This document shows, piece by piece, positions 1 through 15,884 of a DNA stretch of 64,000 nt (the stretch's first letter is position 1; the number at the start of each line of letters is the position of its first letter). The notes under the pieces were generated by a model. That model did not search any database and had not been told where the DNA came from. It saw only the letters and a list, made by a program, of their open reading frames with translations. This DNA is from the human T2T-CHM13v2.0 reference genome, Homo sapiens. Both the position numbers and the translations under genes were made by a program. The stretch lies in the NCBI RefSeq assembly GCF_009914755.1, contig NC_060933.1. One strand, written 5' to 3'.

Positions 1-35
1 GGGGGTGGTACCCACTCCGCTTCTTTCCCCAACAG

Positions 36-138
36 GAAACTCTCGAAGGGTCCTGCCTCAGGGTTGTTTTATCCACTAGCTGCTCTAGACACAGTGCCTG
101 TGGCCTTCCAGCTATTCAGTCAACAGCATATGAAAATG
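36..138 (+). ncRNA. Candidate internal exon of a + strand (probably non-coding) transcript
   Basis: Acceptor ttctttccccaacag|G at 35/36 and donor ATG|GTGAGA at 138/139 around 103 nt of non-repetitive sequence. Based on splice signals only. Confidence 0.45.
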
Positions 139-479
139 GTGAGACCTACTATAAAAAGTATTTATTCCAAAATTTTTTTAAAAACATACATAATTGAAAT
201 GAATAAATATTTATCTAAAATGATTATCAAATGTAACATTACATCAACTCAAATACTATTTCCTTAAGGACATTCATCACCATAACGTGGGTGCATTTGC
301 ATTTGTTGGAATGATATGGGATGGCGTCTCCAAAAGTAAGATCCCTGACAGCCTCTGTAGTCAAAACAGGTGGCTCCTCCCTGCAGTCTGGTTTCTCTGA
401 CCGTCGTCAGCCTCCTAACTCTGCCAAGCCTGTCTAAAAAGACTGCAACCCGATTATAGGTACACTTCAATTTTCAAAA

Positions 480-760
480 AAAATTGTTATAGAAATGTTT
501 GACTATACAGAAAAGAATACTATCAACCCATATGAAGCACTCAAGACCCAGCTACAATGTTCATGAACCCACAGCCAATGCATACCTCCTTTCCCTCCAG
601 CAAATTCCAGATATTGTATCATTTCATCCATAAATATTTGATATATATATTTACATATATATAAAATCTTTAAACCTTTTTCAACCTACATACAATAGTA
701 TTATCATACCTAAAATACTGTAATTAATAATTTCTAATACCATAAAGTATCCAGTAAGGA
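480..760 (-). mobile_element. Old L1 (L1MC-like) 3' fragment
   Basis: aaattccagatattgtatcatttcatccataaatat...ttatcatacctaaaa resembles L1MC4/5 3' UTR. Confidence 0.55.
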
Positions 761-951
761 TAGAATCTAATTTTTACTTCTTCCTTAGCCTTCAGGTAAG
801 TCAGTCAATGGAAGTAGTTTGGTTTTGTTTTTGTTGCTGCTGTTGTCGTTTGGAAGAGGTCACTTTACCCACCATCTGCATCAATCAATTTCCAGCCCAG
901 GAAAACTCCTAATAGGTAAGACTGAAAGAGAAGAAATGAAAAGGAAGATGG

Positions 952-1447
<496 letters not shown>

Positions 1448-3218
1448 TTAGCAGGTATGTCTGAAACATGTTCAATCCTTCTGTTACAACAGCCAGCAGA
1501 AGAGGTCTCCTCACGCTGAGGGAATCATTGATGGTGGTCTTTGACAGCACTAGCAGCGTCTCTGGGACTTCACCAGCTGAACACAATAAGCTTCACAAGC
1601 CTGCTCCTCTTGAAGAGAAAATAGTTTTTAAGTGGATTTTATTTCAAGGCAGGCTGGCAATTCAACAGACACAGGCAGGCAAAAATGTTACAGAGCCAAC
1701 AGCAAGTTTTGTTTTAATTCACATTATGCAAAACAAATGAATTTGAGGTACTTAAAAAAATGTTCTCTTCACCTCATTCTCATTGAGAAAGTAAAAATTG
1801 TTCTCCCTCTTTCTGCTAAGAACCATAATTATTATAAAACCACAGGAGGAGCTCTGCGACACTGTAAAATGTTTTCATAGTTAAACGATTGTATCTTTCT
1901 TTGTTTTTTGTGGACAGTCATATCTGGGAGATGTCCCTCTGTCTGTGAAGAAAACTCCAGTCTCTTCAGCCTGGAATCCAATCTATGCCCACCTTACCTA
2001 GCTGATCCCAAGAAATACTTCTCTACCATAGGTCTCCCTCCTTCCTATTCCTCACTCTCATTCAACCCATTCCCACAACTCCAGCTTTATCCAAAACCTT
2101 CTCCTCACCTGGTGTTTCCAACCTCTCTTGCTCAGGCACAGTTGAAGTTCTAGTTCCCTCTCAAAAGCTTTTAATCTGACCAAACCATCACATCCTTCTC
2201 TTCTCCAAAATCCTACAACACAGAGCTTGACCCCACAGCTTAGTCCTTAAATATGCTTTCTCATATGATCTAAAAATTGTTTCTACTTATATCTTATTTC
2301 ACTAATATGATTTGCAACTTCCCTGAAGCAAAGGACTGTGACTCATGCATCTTTTATACCCAGAACGGTACTAAGCACCTGGTAAACATGTGGTGCCTAC
2401 TATCTTAATTTGCCTTGAACTTTTAGATCTAATGTGGGAACTGTCATTTCAGCTACTTGTATGCTTACCAAATGGGATTTTATAATTTCACAAATATATA
2501 TGGAAAGATTTGGATGACACTATGGTATAGTGGCATCTTTTCATCATAGACGATTTGACATGGCTCCCTTTAAATAAATTACCATTGCCACTTTGACAAG
2601 TTCATTTGTTGGAAACATAAAGGACTCTATTAATATATGGGCTGACCTATATGTATATCTTAGCATTTTCCAATGAGTGAACACTGAGTTTTCCTTTTTG
2701 TTCTTCATGTCAATATCCACTAATGTACTTCTAGCATTCTAGTCAATGTATACCAAAAAGAAAGAAGACAGAGAATAAACATTTTGTAATTTATCACTAG
2801 TCCAATTTAAGATGAGGTAGGAAAAAATGTATTATTTTAACAGTTGCACCATGCCCTCCTAGGGATGGAATAGGTTCTGAAAAACGCTTTGACGAGCACT
2901 TGCAGTATAAATTGAGACACTGAGCATCTGGCCATCAGAGAAACACTTGAAACTGCTCTGAGGACAAGGAAAGGAATTTCTTTGTTGTTTAAATGAGTCG
3001 AGGAGAGGAAAGAAAAGTAGGAAAAGAGAGCAGAACAAGCACAAGACCCTATGAAGAAACCCTTTCTCCCTTTTCCATCTGGAAAGAGCCATGGGACGAC
3101 CCCAAATGGAAGGGCCTTAAAGGGTTTTGGAGAGCTTAATATAGACTTTTAATTTCTTATTCTATGTAAATGGAGACCTCTGTTCCTTGTGCCATCCAAA
3201 TCTCCCACCAAACTCCTC

Positions 3219-3470
3219 AACACTTTCTCTGAAGTACTCAGTCTTTGTAAAACTCAATCTCTACATAACTCAGCACCTTCTCAACACAACCTCTACGCAA
3301 CTCAAACTCTACTCAAGCCAACTTCTATGTAACTCATTCTCTACCCAAATCAATCCCTACTCAAATCAAATTCTTCTCTACTCAGTTAAAACCCTTCTCA
3401 ATTCATACTTGAATCAGCTCCAACTCAACCTAATTCAAACTCTACTTAAGTAAACTAAACTCTACTCAAC
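3219..3470 (+). repeat. Degenerate 16-bp minisatellite, consensus ~AACTCAAACTCTACTC
   Basis: In-phase units start at 3251, 3267, 3283, 3299, 3315, 3331, 3347 and 3363, then again after a 5-nt slip at 3384, 3400, 3416 and 3432. Confidence 0.8.
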
Positions 3471-3796
3471 TGAGTTTCCTAAACTAAAATTCACTGTGCT
3501 TACAGATGCTTTGTGTGGGTGTAGTTTTTGGAAGAAATTGAAGAAGTCTGCATCTTACATCTACAGGCTGTGGTTTCAAGCCACTTTATCTTAAACTTTA
3601 TCTAGACATCAGAACAAAGGCTCCCAGCTGATGTAAGTTACAGACATTGTTTAAAGCTTTGAATATGCGTATGTAGACTACATGAAAGTAGGAAAATTTT
3701 TTCTGGACTGAAGGTACTCAGCCCAGAATGCACGGGTTAGAGAGCAGAACTATGGCACTGAGCAAGTAGAAAAGGAAGCCATTATCAGGTAGCAGG

Positions 3797-4769
<973 letters not shown>

Positions 4770-5459
4770 AGGTGATCAGTGATAGGCATTTTACAAAGCA
4801 TACTTCGGATATCAAACCTCTTTAGAAATAGCATTTTTGAAATGTTTATTGTTCAAAGCAGTGGAAAAGAGTACATCTGGCATACCAGAGTGAAATGAAG
4901 AGGTGTAATTGTCCATCACCTTTTGAAAGGCCACTAAAATAAATTAAAGGACTTTAAAATGCACATACCCACAAGGACAAAGAAAAAAAAGGAGAGGAGA
5001 CACCTGCCAATGAATGATGTCAACAAATCTTCAAAGATGGAAAACAGACAAGGGAGTAGTAGCAACTCTAGCAAAGGGGTCTAGCATCTGAGCACAAAGA
5101 AAAATAATAATGCATGGGGCCATAGCACCTGCAGCACCAGGAAAGGCTCAGGAATGGAAGTACCAGGAACCAGAAGGCAGGATGAGACTAGGAAGGAAAA
5201 TCTGTATACAAAGTAGAGAGTGATCAAATACTATGGACCCTTTTACTTTCCTCAGTTCCTTGCAGCCAGGCTACTGGCTTTCTCCCCATTGCTTAGGAGA
5301 ATGGAAATGTGGTCTCTGGAAAAATATGGGCCAGAGAGAGTCAAAAGTAACTAGGAGTACAGAGTTGGTCTGAAGCATGGAGCTCAAAAGGGTGGGATTA
5401 AGAACGCCTTCAATGGTAAATGTTGGGACTACATCTTCTTACCCTGCAGCTGGAAACTA

Positions 5460-5928
<469 letters not shown>

Positions 5929-5952
5929 CTATCAGCTACCAATATGCTTTAA

Positions 5953-6279
<327 letters not shown>

Positions 6280-6642
6280 AAGTATTATTGTTTTAATGAG
6301 AAGACAGAAAATATCCCCAAATATCTGACCAAGTTGGTAGCCTTACACTACCTGACTTCAGGACTTTTGATAAGCTGTGGTAATGTTGCTATAAAGATAG
6401 ATATATGAAACAATGAAATGGAAATAGAACTGTACATATACAGTCAGTTGATTTTTAACAAACATGACAAGGTAATTCTCTGAGGAAATAACTATCTTAT
6501 CAGCAAATAGTGCTAGAACAACAGGATATGTATATGAAAAAAACTAATCTCACACTATGCACAAAATTAACACGTAAAAGCTAAAACCATAAACAGGCAA
6601 TGACTTTTCTTATAAAAACAAAAAATACCAACTATTAAGAGA

Positions 6643-7259
6643 TGTTAAATAAAATTTATGGGAGGCTATTGTTATGGAATGAGCGCCTGCACTGGGCCCC
6701 AACAGATCAGACCAAACCACAATGAAATCACTTCTGCTAGGTGCCACGTAATCATGCCAAACTTTAAAAGAGGCCTGTTTTCAAAAACAACAGCCTGTCC
6801 AGGCACAGTGGCTCACACCTCTAAACCTGACATTTTGGAAGGCCGAGCCCAGAGGATTGCTTGAGCCCAGGAGTTGAAGGTTGCAGTGCACTATCATCAC
6901 ACCACTGCACTCCAGCCTGGACAATAGGGTGAGACCCCAACTGAAAAAAAAACAAAACAGAAGATTTACCATAATCAATCAAAAGGGGCCCAATGAACCT
7001 GAGCTGGCATGATAAGGAAGCCCCCTCAGCTGTAATTCATAGAAGGGAAGTAACTTGAAGTAACCTGGTGTTAATCGATCTCCTTTTTAGACTATGCTGT
7101 TTCCTTGTTCCTGCTTAAGCCACCTTTAAAAACCAACTGTTTTGCCACAAATGGAGGAGCTCTTGTTTATTTATAGACTGAATGCTGCCGGTTCATAAAT
7201 TGCTGATAAAAGCCAATTTGATCTTTAACCTCAATTTGTTGAAATTTTGCTCTTTGACA
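6643..7259 (+). mobile_element. Second MER31/MER67-like solo LTR containing an Alu monomer (6797-6957)
   Basis: tgttaaataaaatttatgggaggctattg...gctctttgaca, same family as the 3797 element. Confidence 0.75.
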
Positions 7260-7405
7260 CATAAAGAATATTAATAATATATTTTGTTAAAAATGTTTAA
7301 ACTTTTTCTGTATAAAATGTCCATTTATAGGTAATGAATAAACAAGGTAATATATCTATACAATAGAATACTACTCAACAGTAAAAAGAAGTAAGAATAG
7401 ACATG

Positions 7406-7819
7406 CTGAGTGAGGTGGCTCACCCCTGTAATCTCAGAGCTTTGGGAGGCTGAGATGAAAGAATTGCTTGAGGCCAGAGTTTGAGACCAGCTAGGCAAAA
7501 AACCAAGACCCCATCTCTAAAAAAAAAAAGTTTTAAAAAAATCAGCCAGGCATGACGACACTTGCCTCTGGTCCCAGCTGCTCAGGAGGCTGAGGTGGGA
7601 GGATCGCTCGAGGCCAGGAGTTCAAGACCAGTCGGACAACAAAGTGAGACCCCATCTCTGCAAAAACAAAATTTTTTTAATTAGCCAGGCATGGTAGCAT
7701 GTGTCTGCAGTCCCAGCTACTCATGAGGTTGAGGTGGCAGGATCACTTGAGCCCAGGAGTTCAAGGCTGCAGTGAGCTATGATCACAACTGTGCTCCAGC
7801 CTGAGTGACAGAGCAAGAC
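7406..7819 (+). mobile_element. Three-armed AluJ-like element; its tail resumes at 8505-8527
   Basis: Left arm, hybrid arm and right arm separated by two A-rich linkers. Confidence 0.85.
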
Positions 7820-8504
<685 letters not shown>

Positions 8505-8527
8505 AAGACCCTGTCGAAAAAAAAAAA

Positions 8528-10426
8528 GGAGAAAGGAAGAAGGAAGGAGAAGGAGGGGGAAGGAGAAGGAGGAGAAGGAGGAGGAGAAGGAAGGAGAAGG
8601 AGGAGGAAGGAGGAGGAAGGAGAAGGAGGAGAAGGTGGAGGAGAAGGAGCAGAAGGAGGAGAAGGAGGAGGAGGAGAAGGAGGAGGAGGAGGAGAAGGAG
8701 GAGGAGAAGGAGGAGAAGGAGGAGGAGGAGGAGAAGGAGGAGGAGGAGAAGGAGGAGGAGGAGAAGGAGGAGGAGAAGGAGGAGGAGAAGGAGGAGGAGA
8801 AGGAGGAGGAGAAGGAGGAGAAGGAGGAGGAGAAGGAGGAGAAGGAGGAGGAGAAGGAGGAGTAGAAGGAGGAGGAGAAGGAGGAGAAGGAGGAGGAGGA
8901 GGAGGAGGAGACGGAGGAGAAGGAGGAGGAGGAGGAGAAGGAGGAGGAGGAGGAGGAGAAGGAGGAGAAGGAGGAGGAGGAGAAGGAGGAGAAGGAGGAG
9001 AAGGAGGAGAAGGAGGAGGAGAAGGAGGAGGAGAAGGAGGAGAAGGAGGAGGAGGAGAAAGAGGAGGAGGAGAAGGAGGAGAAGGAGGAGGAGGAGAAGG
9101 AGGAGGAGGAGAAGGAGGAGGAGAAGGAGGAGAAGGAGGAGGAGGAGAAAGAGGAGGAGGAGAAGGAGGAGAAGGAGGAGAAGGAGGAGAAGGAGGAGGA
9201 GGAGAAGGAGGAGGAGGAGAAGGAGGAGGAGAAGGAGGAGGAGAAGGAGGAGGAGAAGGAGGAGAAGGAGGAGGAGGAGAAGGAGGAGAAGGAGGAGGAG
9301 AAGGAGGAGAAGGAGGAGGAGGAGAAGGAGGAGAAGGAGGAGGAGAAGGAGGAGAAGGAGGAGGAGAAGGAGGAGGAGGAGAAGGAGGAGGAGGAGAAGG
9401 AGGAGGAGGAGGAGGAGAAGGAGGAGAAGTAGGAGGAGAAGGAGGAGGAGGAGGAGGAGAAGGAGGAGGAGAAGGAGGAGAAGGAGGAGGAGAAGGAGGA
9501 GAAGGAGGAGGAGAAGGAGGAGAAGGAGGAGAAGGAGAAGGAGGAGGAGAAGGAGGAGGAGAAGGAGGAGAAGGAGGAGGAGAAGGAGGAGGAGAAGGAG
9601 GAAGAGAAGGAGGAGGAGGAGGAGAAGGAGGAGAAGGAGGAGGAGAAGGAGCAGGAGAAGGAGGAGGAGAAGGAGGAGGAGGAGAAGGAGGAGAAGGAGG
9701 AGGAGAAGGAGGAGAAGGAGGAGGAGAAGGAGGAGGAGAAGGAGGAGGAGAAGGAGGAGGAGAAGGAGGAGGAGGAGGAGAAAGAGGAGGAGAAGGAGGA
9801 GAAGGAGGAGGAGGAGGAGAAAGAGGAGGAGAAGGAGGAGGAGAAGGAGGAGAAGGAGGAGGAGAAGGAGGAGAAGTAGGAGGAGAAGGAGGAGGAGGCG
9901 GAGAAGGAGGAGGAGAAGGAGGAGGAGAAGGAGGAGAAGAAGGAGGAGAAGGAGGAGGAGAAGGAGGAGGAGAAGGAGGAGAAGGAGGAGAAGAAGGAGG
10001 AGAAGGAGGAGGAGAAGGAGGAGGAGAAGGAGGAGAAGGACGAGAAGGAGGAGGAGAAGGAGGAGGAGAAGGAGGAGGAGGAGGAGAAGGAGGAGGAGAA
10101 GGAGGAGGAGAAGGAGAAGGAGGAGAAGGAGGAGGAGGAGAAGGAGGAGAAGGAGGAGGAGGAGAAGGAGGAGAAGGAGGAGGAGAAGGAGGAGGAGGAG
10201 GAGAAGGAGGAGGAGAAGGAGGAGGAGAAGGAGGAGGAGGAGGAGAAGGAGGAGGAGGAGAAGGAGGAGAAGGAGGAGGAGAAGGAGGAGAAGGAGGAGA
10301 AGGAGAAGGAGGAGAAGGAGGAGGAGGAGAAGGAGGAGGAGAAGGAGGAGGAGAAGGAGGAGGAGAAGGAGGAGGAGACGGAGGAGGACAAGGAGGAGGA
10401 GGAGAAGGAGGAGGAGAAGGAGGAGA
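8528..10426 (+). repeat. ~1.9 kb purine-only AAG(GAG)n compound triplet repeat
   Basis: Directly visible. Almost only G/A on the + strand, with rare variants (TAG, ACG, AAA, GCG, GAC, CAG). Confidence 0.99.
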
Positions 10427-10432
10427 ACAAGG

Positions 10433-10661
10433 AATTCAAGATGGTATAAACACCCATCAGGTTCTTCCTGATCACTGCACAAACCAAATCAATTCACAGA
10501 AACTATGGCACTGCAGTAAAGAAAGAGTTTGGCTGACACAGGGCCAGCCATACCATGTGAGAGATGGAGTCATTCCTCAAATCAATCTCCTTCAGCATTT
10601 GGGGGCTAGAAGCATTTTCAAAGGTAGTTAGCAGGGAAGAGGTGGGGTGGCTAGGCAATAG
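10433..10661 (-). mobile_element. LTR8A-like 3' fragment plus a few Alu bases; duplicate of 21522-21748
   Basis: First 52 nt identical to 21522 onward; about 90% identity overall by eye. Confidence 0.9.
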
Positions 10662-11039
10662 GTGTAAAGGAGGAGGAGAAGAGACACAATAACATGGATG
10701 AATCTCAAAAACATAGATGCTGAACAAACAAGTCAGACGTAAAAGACTGTAAATGTATGATTCCATTTATATGAAGTTCTACAACAGACAAATCAAACCC
10801 ATAACAACAAAGAAAATCAGTGGTTATCTGGCACTGGGGATGGGGGCGAAGGGATTCACTGCAAAGGGGTATGAAGTAACTTGGGGGGTGATGGAAATGT
10901 TCTAAAGGTGGATTGTAATGATGGTTGCTCTGGTGTAAACATTTACCAAAACTCATCAAACTGTCAATTTATCATGGGTATATTTTATTGTATGGAAATT
11001 ATACCTCAATATATAGTAGTTAATATTTTCTAAATCTCT

Positions 11040-12620
11040 TGGTATCACTTCTTCCTCCAACTTCTGTTCTATTTCTCTGCTCCTGTTACAGGTATGCTCT
11101 CAGAAAGATTTGTCTACAACCGCTAACTCTATTTTTTCTCCTCTTATTCTTAGGGGTCCTAAGTCAGGCTTATAACCACACCATACACCAAAACTGTTAT
11201 TGTTAGAATCATTAATGACTTCAAATTTCCTAACCCAATTATCAATTTTATACAGTTTCTCACTCCTTCTTCATGATATGCTTAGAGACACACCTAACTC
11301 TTTTTTGGTTCTCCTCCTACCTCACTGCCTGTTCCCTGTCAGTCTGCTTTATTGGTTACTTGTCATCTTCCCAACCTCTGCTTGGAGTTTCTCCATGCTT
11401 AGTAATCCTCTATTCTTTCTCTACGCTCATTTGCTGGGTGATCCCATGCGGCCTCTAGCTTTAAATATTATATCTAAACGCATGGCTCCCAAAGTTGTAT
11501 CTTTATCTCAGACCTCTTCCTGAACTCTAGACTCACATACCAGCTGCGACTTGATATTCCACTTGAATGTCTAAGAGGTATGTCAAACTCAAAACATCTA
11601 CAGTATGCCGAATAATGGCCTGCACAGCTATCCAGATCTTAATCCCTGGCTCTAGTAAATGTTACCTTCTGTGGCAAAAGAAACTTTGCGGATGTGATTA
11701 AGTTAAGGTTTTTGAGATGGGAAAATTATCCTGAATTAGCCGAATTGACCCTAATTATCATCTCAAATGTTCTTATAAAAGGGAAAGGACTGCAGATGAA
11801 GGCAATCACATACTGACTAAAGTTCTCTAACATAAAAAGCTGACTTTGAAGATGGAGGAAAGGGCCACAAACTAAAGAATGAATGCAAGGAATGCAGTTC
11901 CAAAAGATGGAAAAGGCAAGGAAACAGATTCTTCCTTAGAGTCTCTAGAGGCAGTGTGGCCCTGCTGACACCTTGATTTTGGCCCAGTAAAACTGTTCTC
12001 AGACTTCTGACCTCTAGAATTGTAAGGGAATACAGCTGTGTTTTTCTTGTTTGTTTGTTTGTTTGTTTTGTTTTGAGACGGAGTCTCACTCTGTCACCCA
12101 GGCTGGAGTGCAGTGGCACAATCTTGGCTCACTGCAAGCTCCCCTTCCCGGGTTCACGCCATTCTCCTGGCCCAGCCTCCTGAGTAGCTAGGACTACAGG
12201 CATCCACCACCACACCCGGCTAATTTTTTGTATTTTTTAGTAGAGACAGGGTTTCACCACGTTAGCCAGGATGGTCTCGATCTCCTGACCTCGTGATCCG
12301 CCCACCTCGGCCTTCCAAAGTGCTGGGATTACAGGCGTGAGCCATCGCGCCTGGCCAGCTGTGTTGTTTTAAGCTGCTAAGTTTGTGGTAATGTGCTACA
12401 GGAGCAGTAGGAAACTGATACCACGTCCTGAAGTGAACTCCAATCTCTTGCCTCCAAATCTCCATACCATTCTCATTCTCAGTAGATGGCTCAGGCCAAA
12501 AAACTTCTAGATACACATTCTATAAGGAAACAGACTTTGTTTTATGCACTGCCATATCTCTAAGCATAAAATAATGCCAAAGTAGGAATTCAACAGTCAT
12601 TTGCTGAACAAATAAATGAG
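11040..12620 (+). mobile_element. L2 fragment interrupted by MLT1D-like LTR (11599-12421), which contains AluY (12045-12356, -)
   Basis: L2 motif cctgaactctagactcacata; MLT1 motif gaataatggcc...gatgtgattaagttaagg...ggaaactgatac. Confidence 0.8.
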
Positions 12621-12819
12621 TGCAGAAAACAGAAGATCAATATAAAACTCTCCTTAATAACTACTTTTGCATCCATGAAACAGGACTGAAGTAATGTAGT
12701 ATTAAAAATCAAATATTAGTACAAAGAGGTCTTTAAAACTAATATCTTTGCTAAAGTTTTTAAAAATGCAACATAAGGGAGGGAAAAGTAGAATGAAAAA
12801 GCTAAAGACAATACTATAG

Positions 12820-13162
<343 letters not shown>

Positions 13163-13757
13163 CTTGACTCTAATTCTAATCCAAAATTACAATCGAGGCC
13201 CATGATCCAATTAACAGGCATTCCAGATGGAGAAAACAGAAAAAGGGAAGAAAGAAAATTACTAAAGAAAATAAAAGAATTTTCAAAGCTGAAGGACATA
13301 GGCCTTCATGTTGAAAGAACTCATGAGCACACATAAATTATGAAAGGACTACATAAAGGCAAGTATATAGAAGAAGATATAGAAGAAGAAAATTTTCCAC
13401 AAATATAAGGGCTGTGGCACAAGAGAATGTCATCCCTCAGTACCTAGCGCTGCGCGGGACCAACAGAGTGAGGACCGCGGGGAAAGGAGCCAGTGGGGTC
13501 AAAGAGAGACCACTTTCTAGCAACACCTGGCTCAGAGAGTTCACTAGTCCTCTTGTGAACAGGCTGTTGGAAACTAATAACGCCATACGTTGCTTTGTTG
13601 TTTTTAGTTTTTTGCACATGAAGTTTTACCATGGAGAAATGTGCTTATGGTTCTCGTAAACACTAGGTTCAATCATTCTCAGCAACTATCCATATCCCCC
13701 TCAGCAAGACCTGAAGTCAAGAGCCCTTCAGGTATGTCACAGTTAGAAATCTGTACT

Positions 13758-14049
<292 letters not shown>

Positions 14050-14278
14050 TCTGCATTGGCCAGAACCAAGGGCAAGTTTGACACAGAGGTCCTTTGACAG
14101 AAAGCTAAAGCTAACATTAACTGAGTCATTATTTGAACCATTAAAACACACATGCACGTGCACACACACAGACTCAGTGTGTGTTCTCGAGAGGAAATTT
14201 CACCATTGTCTTCTGGCTTTTCTCACTCACTATTTGCTGTTCCTGTCTTCCTCCCTTCTTATTATGGTTGCTGCATGA

Positions 14279-14560
14279 CTTTTTTAAGACTTCATTTTTT
14301 TAGAGCAGTTTTAGGTTTACAGCAAAATCAAGCAGAAGGTACAGAGATTTCCCATGTGCCCCCTGCCCCGACACACACGGCCTCCCTGACTTTTGACATT
14401 TTACATCACAGCAGTCCATTTGTTACCATGAATGAAACTACACTGACATATCACGAACACCCAAAGTCATAGTTTACATTCTATGGGTCTGGACAAATGT
14501 ATAAGAACATGAATCCACCATTAGAGCATCATATGGAATAATTTCACTGCCCTAAAAATC
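14279..14560 (-). mobile_element. L1MC1-like 3' end
   Basis: tttagagcagttttaggtttacagcaaaat...gaaggtacagagatttccc. Confidence 0.75.
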
Positions 14561-14726
14561 TGGTAGCACCACTTTTTAATTGAACATCCACATTCAACTT
14601 ACCTAGAACAATGATATGTAAATTGCATTGTGTGAGCTGAGCAAAAGGCACAGAATACTGTAGTACATAGACTGGAAACAACAAATTATAATAATGCCAA
14701 AACTGACTATAAAAAGAAACCTATTA

Positions 14727-15024
14727 GCTGGGCATGGTGGCTCATGCCTGTGATCTCAGTGCTTTGGGAGGCTGAGGTCAGAGGATTACTTGAAGCCAGG
14801 AGTTTGAGACCACCTGTGCAACAAAGTGAGACATTATCTCTACAAAAAAAAAAAATGTTTTTGATTATCCAGATACGGTGGCATGCACCTGCAGTCCCAG
14901 CTACTCAGCAGGCTGAGGCGGGAGGATCGCCTGAGCCCAGGAGTTTAAGGCTGCAGTGAGCTATGATCACGCCACCGCACTCCAGCCTGGGCAACAGAGG
15001 GAGATCTCATCTCAAAAAAAAAAA
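14727..15024 (+). mobile_element. AluJ
   Basis: J-type ggctgcagtgagctatgatc. Confidence 0.9.
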
Positions 15025-15884
15025 TCTAACTGAAAATTGTTCTAATCTAATCTCAAATATATCTGAAAATTACTCTAATTTAAAAAGATCTTGCTATGTT
15101 AGAAACTTCTTAATGCTAAGGCTGTGTAGTTTATTGATATATAGCAACATCTTTATAAACATATTTTCATTGTTTATAAGGCCGCCAGGCTTGAGGGTCG
15201 CCTGTAGTCCACAAATAACCTTTGACCAAAACAAATAAAAACCCTTTGTTTCAAAACAATGCACAAGTACTTTTTTAAAAACTCAAATTACGTTCAAAGA
15301 GTTGTTTGTGTAACCCAGAGGTAGTGGGGACTAAATAATTAAATGGCAAACCCAGTCTCTGAGCTTACACCAAATACCCAGAAAAACCTAGCTAGGAAGA
15401 AAATAGGTGGTAAACTATTAAACACAGATGGAGGTACTTCTAAATAAAATGAGAGACTTCTAAGAAGTTCCCAAGTTGGTTTTTTGTTTTTTTAACCTAA
15501 AATCTGGGAGGTTTCTAAAACTTCTCCTTTCACAGTTACACAAAAAGCATTTTGCAATAGGTGTAATCAGAGCCTGTCCACCATGAAGAAGAGTCCCAGG
15601 CAACTTCAACGTTGCTGTGGCCCTGAAACGCCATTTCAGTCATTTCTGGCCAGTAGCCTGTAAAGAGATATTGATGGGTAGTACCAAAGCAACCTAGTGA
15701 AGCCTGTGCCTCAGGAGGGGCTGCTTCGTGGGTATGCACATGTATGTCTTCACACACACAAAATTGCTCAACCGCATCTGGCTAGTTACCGTGGAATGAA
15801 GTGGCTATTACGTAGTTGGTTTTAGAGTGTGGGTTCAACTCTTTAGTGAGAGCATGGAATTATGGTTCAAGCCACACACCCTGG

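Noticed and set aside
3219-3470. CRISPR-like array or the 88-aa ORF over the 16-bp repeat
   Set aside because: Eukaryotic DNA; the units are contiguous with no repeat-spacer architecture. The ORF is a by-product of the G-poor composition.
8635-8865. Glu/Lys-rich ORF resembling RPGR-ORF15 or neurofilament tails
   Set aside because: It derives from an Alu-tail microsatellite, is interrupted by TAG codons and has no exon context.
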